DNA of 64,000 nucleotides from Pseudanabaena sp. Salubria-1 (GTDB lineage Bacteria; Cyanobacteriota; Cyanobacteriia; Pseudanabaenales; Pseudanabaenaceae): NCBI GenBank assembly GCA_023336205.1, contig JALQCR010000035.1, positions 2,930 to 66,929 of the forward strand, read 5' to 3'. Shown piece by piece: positions 58,877 to 64,000 of this stretch (position 1 is its first letter; each line of letters starts with the position of its first letter). The notes under the pieces were generated by a model. It saw only the letters and a program-made list of their open reading frames with translations, ran no database searches and was not told where the DNA came from. The position numbers and the translations under genes were made by a program.

Positions 58877-59347
58877 CTATTCTAAGGCTTGCAAAAATTG
58901 GCAGAAGTTCTCTATGTCTCTAACTAATAGTGTGTAACTTGTCATAAGCTTATCCGTTAGATCGGCAATTCGACTGCTTTCTAATTCAAATCCATAGCGA
59001 TGAATAGCAACATGCCGAAACCCACGATATTCATTTAAATTGTGTAGGGTATCACTAAGAATCACTGGAGGTCTTGTATGAGGAATCTCTAATGACATCT
59101 GTTCTAAAAGTAACTTGTGGGAACTCGAACCTGTGGGCAAGTTATTTTCCACCTCCTTGGCAATATCTTCAAAAATGCGTTCAACACCCATATAAAAATT
59201 TTGCAGACTAAAAGCAGTTGCATACCAATAGTCATCATCTGCTGTTGTTTTTGCTTTTTGAGCTTGTGAGATGGCCAATTGCACAGTAGTAGCAACTTTG
59301 GTCAACTCGTTATTCAGCCTTGCAATCAGGACATTATAACCGTTCAT
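58877..59347 (-). CDS. HEPN (HepT-like) RNase toxin
   Basis: LQNFYMGVERIF; RxxxxH motif in YRGFRHVAIHRYGFEL. Confidence 0.88.
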   Translation of the reverse strand: MNGYNVLIARLNNELTKVATTVQLAISQAQKAKTTADDDYWYATAFSLQNFYMGVERIFEDIAKEVENNLPTGSSSHKLLLEQMSLEIPHTRPPVILSDTLHNLNEYRGFRHVAIHRYGFELESSRIADLTDKLMTSYTLLVRDIENFCQFLQALE

Positions 59348-59805
59348 AATTCCATACCTTGAGCGATCGCCTCAACAATATAATCAGAAGCATTGTCTGC
59401 CTCAATAAGATCGATTAAAAATTCACTAAGACCCTGTAGTTTACCAACTGCTTGGAAATAGTCAGATTTTGTCAAGTTCCATACAGCAAGATCTATATCT
59501 GAGTCTGCATGAATTTTTGGTTGTAGCATTGACCCAAACAGCACTACTCTCGTTGCACCAAACTCTTGGCGTAGGATTCTTGCTGCCTGTTTAGCAGTCT
59601 CAATACCACGACTTTGTAAATGCTTGAGACTTTCTTGCCTTGCTTGTTCCTTTTTTCTCGCTGCGAGAATGTAGCCATACATTTTGTCAGCATCAACAAC
59701 ATTTTTGCTTTCTGCCTTTCTCTCAGTTGTAGAAAAGAACAAAATGTGAGAGGAAAGTTCATTACTAATCATAATTATCTCCTCTAAGCCAGCAACGAAT
59801 TTCAT
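59344..59805 (-). CDS. Minimal nucleotidyltransferase (MntA-like) antitoxin
   Basis: VVLFGSMLQPKIHADSDIDLAV (GSx10DxD); 4-bp overlap with the HEPN gene. Confidence 0.88.
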   Translation of the reverse strand: MKFVAGLEEIIMISNELSSHILFFSTTERKAESKNVVDADKMYGYILAARKKEQARQESLKHLQSRGIETAKQAARILRQEFGATRVVLFGSMLQPKIHADSDIDLAVWNLTKSDYFQAVGKLQGLSEFLIDLIEADNASDYIVEAIAQGMEL

Positions 59806-59906
59806 ATAGGATCAAATATACAGCACAAGGCACTATGTAAGCTTGATCGATCCACACAGAAGATACTATTGTTTCCAGTAATATGATCTAAATACCGAAA
59901 AAATCT

Positions 59907-60278
59907 ATGTCTACGAGAGCGATAATTGGCAAACAAATTGATGATGACTCTTATTTATCCGTGTATTTACATCGTGACGGCTATGTTGATTATTCAGGGG
60001 TACTCTTACAAACACATTATGTAACAACAGAGCAAGTTGATCAGCTTCTAGCTTTAGGTAACATGAGTGTGCTGGGAATCTCGATCAACAATTGCTTATT
60101 TTATAACCGCGATACCCAAGAATCTTGGGGAACAGCAAAACCAATACTCAGAAATCTGCAAGAGATTTGTTCCGAAGAGTGGGTATATATTTGGGATGGG
60201 ACTGAATGGCTAGGCAGTGAATCTAGCTCGTTTAATCTTATTCCCATACAAGAACTATTGGTATCTCAGTTTAGCTAA
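59907..60278 (+). CDS. Hypothetical protein of a type seen in phages and plasmids
   Basis: MSTRAIIG...SVYLHRDGY...EEWVYIWDGTEW pattern. Confidence 0.65.
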   Translation: MSTRAIIGKQIDDDSYLSVYLHRDGYVDYSGVLLQTHYVTTEQVDQLLALGNMSVLGISINNCLFYNRDTQESWGTAKPILRNLQEICSEEWVYIWDGTEWLGSESSSFNLIPIQELLVSQFS

Positions 60279-60361
60279 ACCTCTGCATCCTAGTTTTTTA
60301 TCTACATACTCATGACAGAACAATTATCAAAATTAGCTTTAGTGTAGAAGATGAGAGAAAG

Positions 60362-60559
60362 ATGCCTAGAAAAAAGCCTAAAGGATTTGCAGGAGAAAAA
60401 TCTAAGCACAACCAAGAAATGCAGAAATTAGATCAAGGCGACAATACAAAAGGCAATAACCCACCATTCTGGGTTGAGCTTTTCATTAATGTCATGATGA
60501 TATCTAAACTCATTTCGGCGATCGCAACATCAATTTTTCGTAAGCCTAAAGACAAATAA
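60362..60559 (+). CDS. Small hypothetical protein
   Basis: 65-aa ORF with basic N-terminus and hydrophobic C-terminus; purine-rich upstream region. Confidence 0.45.
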   Translation: MPRKKPKGFAGEKSKHNQEMQKLDQGDNTKGNNPPFWVELFINVMMISKLISAIATSIFRKPKDK

Positions 60560-60744
60560 ATATTTAACTAACGGGCAGATACCCCTTCAATATATCGCAA
60601 CGCGCCAAGCAAAACCCTCAACCCTTGAAAACACGTTGACTGTACTGAGCATAAATACTTATTCGCATAAATTTAATGGCAAATAATTGGCACTTATCTG
60701 TTCTAAGACTACTCTGAGACAAATTAGGAATTAGATATCCATTC

Positions 60745-60981
60745 CAAGGCAATAAAGCTTCAATAAACCGATCGCTACTTTCGTGCAGTGAAAGCGGTGA
60801 CATAAGCTCTAAAGGACACTTAATGTAGTGAAGTACGTCGATCGCCAACATCTGCAAGCAAGCGTTCAAAAGTTTCCCAACTCACTCCATGTAGCAAGAC
60901 TCGATTTTCAGATAGTGATCTGGACTTCTCAATTACGGCTGTAGCAGTTTGCTCTCTTCATAAAGTTGGAGTGTTCATCAT
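60745..60981 (-). pseudogene. Uma2/DUF820-family endonuclease remnant (stop, frameshift and truncation)
   Basis: MMNTPTL*REQ...ENRVLLHGVSWETFERLLADVGDRR, then a frameshift to LELMSPLSLHESSDRFIEALL. Confidence 0.7.
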
Positions 60982-61127
60982 AATTGTTTAAACAAGAATA
61001 CAGGCAGTAGCAAACCTAAGATCTTTAGCTGTGTGATGAGATCTAAAAATTTAAGATTTAATCTAGCTTATCAAAGATTACGAGGCGATCGCACATCTGG
61101 TAAAGTTAGCAAGAAGCCTAGTGAAAG

Positions 61128-63284
61128 TTGAAACGATTAATGCAGAACCTTGAACAACTGATTGCCAAAGAACTTTCGCTACGCCCCGAACAAGTAAAAA
61201 ATGCCTTAGAGCTATTTGCCGAAGGTGCAACCCTCCCCTTCGTTGCCCGTTATCGTAAAGAGCGCACAGGGGAAATGAACGAAATTCAATTAAGAGATCT
61301 GCAAGATCGCTATGCATATCTGACCGAGCTACGAGATCGCCAAGTCGTAATCATTCAAGCAATCTCTGAGCAAGGCAAGCTTACGGATGTTCTGCAAGCT
61401 AAAATAGAATCGTGTTTGCAAAAGACAGAACTAGAAGACCTATATCTGCCCTATCGCCCCAAGCGAAGAACTAAAGCGGCGATCGCTAGAGAAAAAGGTC
61501 TAGAACCACTTGCTGAAGCCATCAAAACACTCAATCGTCCTAACATTAATACAGCCTCATTGCCTCAAGAAGCCGCCAAATATCTATCTGAACAAGTGAA
61601 AACGGTCGAAGAAGCTCTTAAAGGTGCATCAGATATTCTTGCCGAGGAAGTCGCTGAGAATGCAGAATATCGAGCCTACAGCAGAAACTACTTGATCCAG
61701 ACAGGAGTGTTTTCCTCAAAAATCAAGGCAACGCACCCAGTTGGTACAACCAAGTTTGAGATGTACCGCGACTATCAAGCAAAAGTAAAAGCGATCGCCG
61801 CTCATAATCTCTTAGCCCTATTGCGAGGTGAAACTGAAGAAATCCTCACTCTCACTCTAGATTTTGACGAAGACCATTTATTAACCTACCTAGATTCGCA
61901 GCAAATTCAGGCTAAAACCCCAGCCATCAGGGTTTTCTATCAAGATATGCTCAAAGATAGCTTTAACCGCCTGATGAAAACTTCGGCGATTGCCTCAGTA
62001 ATCGCTGAAATGAAAGCATGGGCAGAGGTCGAGTCAATCAAAACCTTTGAAGCCAACTTACGAGATTTATTACTAGCGGCTCCCGCAGGCATGAAACCGA
62101 CTCTCGCAATCGACCCAGGTTTCCGTACAGGCTGCAAAACTGCGGTAATTAGTGAGACAGGCAAATTTCTAGAATATCAAACTATCTTTCCCCATCAAGC
62201 CATCGCCCAAAGAGAACAAGCAGCCCGTACCTTAAGAACTTTAATTGAGAAGTATCAGGTTCAACTAATCGCGATCGGCAATGGTACGGCTGGACGAGAA
62301 ACTGATAGCTTTGTAATGGAAGTTATTCAAGGATTAGAGACACCTCCAATCAAAGTAATGGTTAACGAATCAGGTGCTTCAATTTATTCGGCAAGTACCG
62401 TGGCGATCGCCGAATTTCCTGATTTGGACTTAACTGTACGGGGCGCAATCAGCATTGGCAGACGACTACAAGATCCACTTGCCGAACTTGTAAAAATCGA
62501 TCCAAAATCAATTGGGGTGGGACAGTATCAGCATGACGTAGATCAAAAACTATTGAAAAAGAAATTAGAGGAAACTGTTGAGAGTTGCGTTAATTTTGTC
62601 GGTGTAGACCTAAATACAGCTTCCAAAGAACTACTTACTTTTGTGTCAGGACTGAGTGCTAGTGTTGCCAATAACATCATCACCTATCGCAATCAAAATG
62701 GCGCTTTTCGCGATCGCCGTCATTTGTTGAACGTGCCAAAACTAGGCGCAAAAGCCTTTGAACAAGCGGCAGGATTTTTACGGATTCGTGGTGGCGATCA
62801 CCCTTTAGATAATACAGCCGTACATCCCGAAAGTTATAAAGTTGTAGAAGCGATCGCCCGTGACCTGAATGTCTCTCTCTCAGATATCTCACAAGCAGCC
62901 GATAAACTGAAAACGGTTAACCTGAAGCAATATGTAACTGACGCGATCGGCGAACCGACTTTGCGGGATATCCTACGAGAACTAGAAAAACCAGGAAGAG
63001 ATCCTCGTGCCGAGTTCAAATACGCTACCTTCAACGATGCTATCCAGAAAATCTCTGATCTGCAAATTGGCATGGAGATAGAAGGTATTATTACCAATGT
63101 GGCAAACTTTGGAGCCTTCGTTGATATTGGTGTGCATCAAGATGGATTAGTTCATATTTCGCAATTAGCTGATCGCTTTGTCAGCGATCCGAAGCAAGTA
63201 GTTAAAGTTGGACAGGTAGTAAAAGTGCGCGTTTTGGAAGTAAATGAATCATTAAAACGGATTAGTTTATCGATGAAATTGTAG
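61128..63284 (+). CDS. tex: Tex-family transcription accessory protein (YqgF/RuvC-like, HhH and S1 domains)
   Basis: GATLPFVARYRKERTG; AIDPGFRTGCK; NESGASIYSAS; IGVGQYQHDV; S1 NVANFGAFVDIGVHQDGLVHISQL. Confidence 0.96.
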   Translation: MKRLMQNLEQLIAKELSLRPEQVKNALELFAEGATLPFVARYRKERTGEMNEIQLRDLQDRYAYLTELRDRQVVIIQAISEQGKLTDVLQAKIESCLQKTELEDLYLPYRPKRRTKAAIAREKGLEPLAEAIKTLNRPNINTASLPQEAAKYLSEQVKTVEEALKGASDILAEEVAENAEYRAYSRNYLIQTGVFSSKIKATHPVGTTKFEMYRDYQAKVKAIAAHNLLALLRGETEEILTLTLDFDEDHLLTYLDSQQIQAKTPAIRVFYQDMLKDSFNRLMKTSAIASVIAEMKAWAEVESIKTFEANLRDLLLAAPAGMKPTLAIDPGFRTGCKTAVISETGKFLEYQTIFPHQAIAQREQAARTLRTLIEKYQVQLIAIGNGTAGRETDSFVMEVIQGLETPPIKVMVNESGASIYSASTVAIAEFPDLDLTVRGAISIGRRLQDPLAELVKIDPKSIGVGQYQHDVDQKLLKKKLEETVESCVNFVGVDLNTASKELLTFVSGLSASVANNIITYRNQNGAFRDRRHLLNVPKLGAKAFEQAAGFLRIRGGDHPLDNTAVHPESYKVVEAIARDLNVSLSDISQAADKLKTVNLKQYVTDAIGEPTLRDILRELEKPGRDPRAEFKYATFNDAIQKISDLQIGMEIEGIITNVANFGAFVDIGVHQDGLVHISQLADRFVSDPKQVVKVGQVVKVRVLEVNESLKRISLSMKL

Positions 63285-63351
63285 ATTTTATACCTTCTCT
63301 GGCTGTTTTGAGGTTGCTAGCTGAATAAATAATTAGTCATGCATCTATCAC

Positions 63352-63999
63352 TTACCAATCCCCCTCAATCTCAACTTCGCAAAGTTCGCAGGGACGAGTT
63401 GGATCGTCAACATCAACTACTAAATAAAGCCGATTTGTATTTTTCTTAGATGCACATACGCCTTCAACTTTATTGGTAAACAGAGAACCATCTAAAGTAC
63501 GGAGTTCAATCCAACGAGCCTCTGTATCTAAGATACCTAGCACCGAGCCAGCCACCATTCCATCGGAGCTAGCATCTGGAGAATTCTCTGCCGTCGCTGA
63601 AAAAATCACGTTTTGTTTTGTCACAGTTGCATCAGTAAAGGTCAAACGTAAGTCCTCTAAAGTGCCTAATTCATACTGGCAAATCCGTTGCAGTTGAGGG
63701 ACTGGCTTTTTGTGTGGTTCTTGTAAATAAGCAGCGAGTTCATCCCACGCAATATCGCAGGTAGCATTCACGGGCAAATATCCTGCTTGAGGTTTACCAT
63801 TACCGCGATTAAAGAGACGTACCCAGCCATTACAGAAGGTTGCTCCTTCAATGTTGAGTTCGCTACCAGTAAACATAGTATTGTTACGGAGTTGCTCGTA
63901 TAGGGCTTCTGCTTCTATCAGAATAGGTGTTGCCGTAATAAACTCTTGTAGAGTGACAATTTTCTGTCGATACAGAGTTGAACCAGATCCAAAAGCGAG
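63352..63999 (-). CDS. Conserved hypothetical protein (DUF6929-like), start lies beyond the right edge
   Basis: The frame is open upstream of the track start (LAFGSGSTLYRQ...); motifs LNIEGA, LFNRGNG, ATAENS..DG.V.GS, KVEG. Confidence 0.7.
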   Translation of the reverse strand, partial: LAFGSGSTLYRQKIVTLQEFITATPILIEAEALYEQLRNNTMFTGSELNIEGATFCNGWVRLFNRGNGKPQAGYLPVNATCDIAWDELAAYLQEPHKKPVPQLQRICQYELGTLEDLRLTFTDATVTKQNVIFSATAENSPDASSDGMVAGSVLGILDTEARWIELRTLDGSLFTNKVEGVCASKKNTNRLYLVVDVDDPTRPCELCEVEIEGDW

Positions 64000-64000
64000 A

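Larger units (their letters stand above)
1..64000. repeat. HIP1 octamers (GCGATCGC) dispersed through the window
   Basis: Many copies, e.g. ~990, 3323, 7247, 10438, 14539, 39406, 53286, 61480. None seen in the 588-bp repeat unit. Confidence 0.9.

Noticed and set aside
1-64000. tRNA, rRNA or CRISPR-Cas genes
   Set aside because: No cloverleaf-like, rRNA-like or repeat-spacer patterns and no cas motifs were noticed by eye; a tRNAscan/Infernal run would be needed to exclude them fully.

Overview
Cyanobacterial accessory DNA, judged from the abundant HIP1 octamer GCGATCGC. It looks like part of a conjugative plasmid or an integrated conjugative element. From left to right it contains: (1) an IS1 that truncates an unusual in-frame HTH / unknown-domain / dynamin-like GTPase ORF; (2) a minus-strand cyanobacterial-type (MPF_C) conjugation operon with VirB4, a VirD4 coupling protein, a pilin-like gene and a type IA topoisomerase, but no relaxase in the window; (3) a stack of mobile-element pieces at 20.0-23.2 kb, including Tn3-family ends, an IS1-family element cutting a stand-alone GroEL-apical-domain gene, and an intact ISKra4-like IS; (4) a complete ~31.5 kb extracellular contractile injection system (eCIS) at 23.6-55.1 kb; (5) a 1056-bp non-autonomous element with 98-bp inverted repeats, truncated Tn3 and IS701-like transposases, an MNT-HEPN toxin-antitoxin pair and tex. 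The eCIS has a putative fibre, cap, two sheaths, two tubes, a tail chaperone with a probable -1 frameshift, hub, spike, gp25, baseplates, a PAAR-like tip, a 2435-aa DUF4157 protein with ~7 near-identical 196-aa repeats, a YbjN-like protein and an AAA ATPase. The most interesting points are the giant repeat cargo module, a hydrophobic insertion in the baseplate that may be a membrane anchor, the probable G/GT-type frameshift, and the bracketing of the eCIS by related Tn3 ends next to a conjugation system. All family assignments come from motif recognition only; no database search was run.
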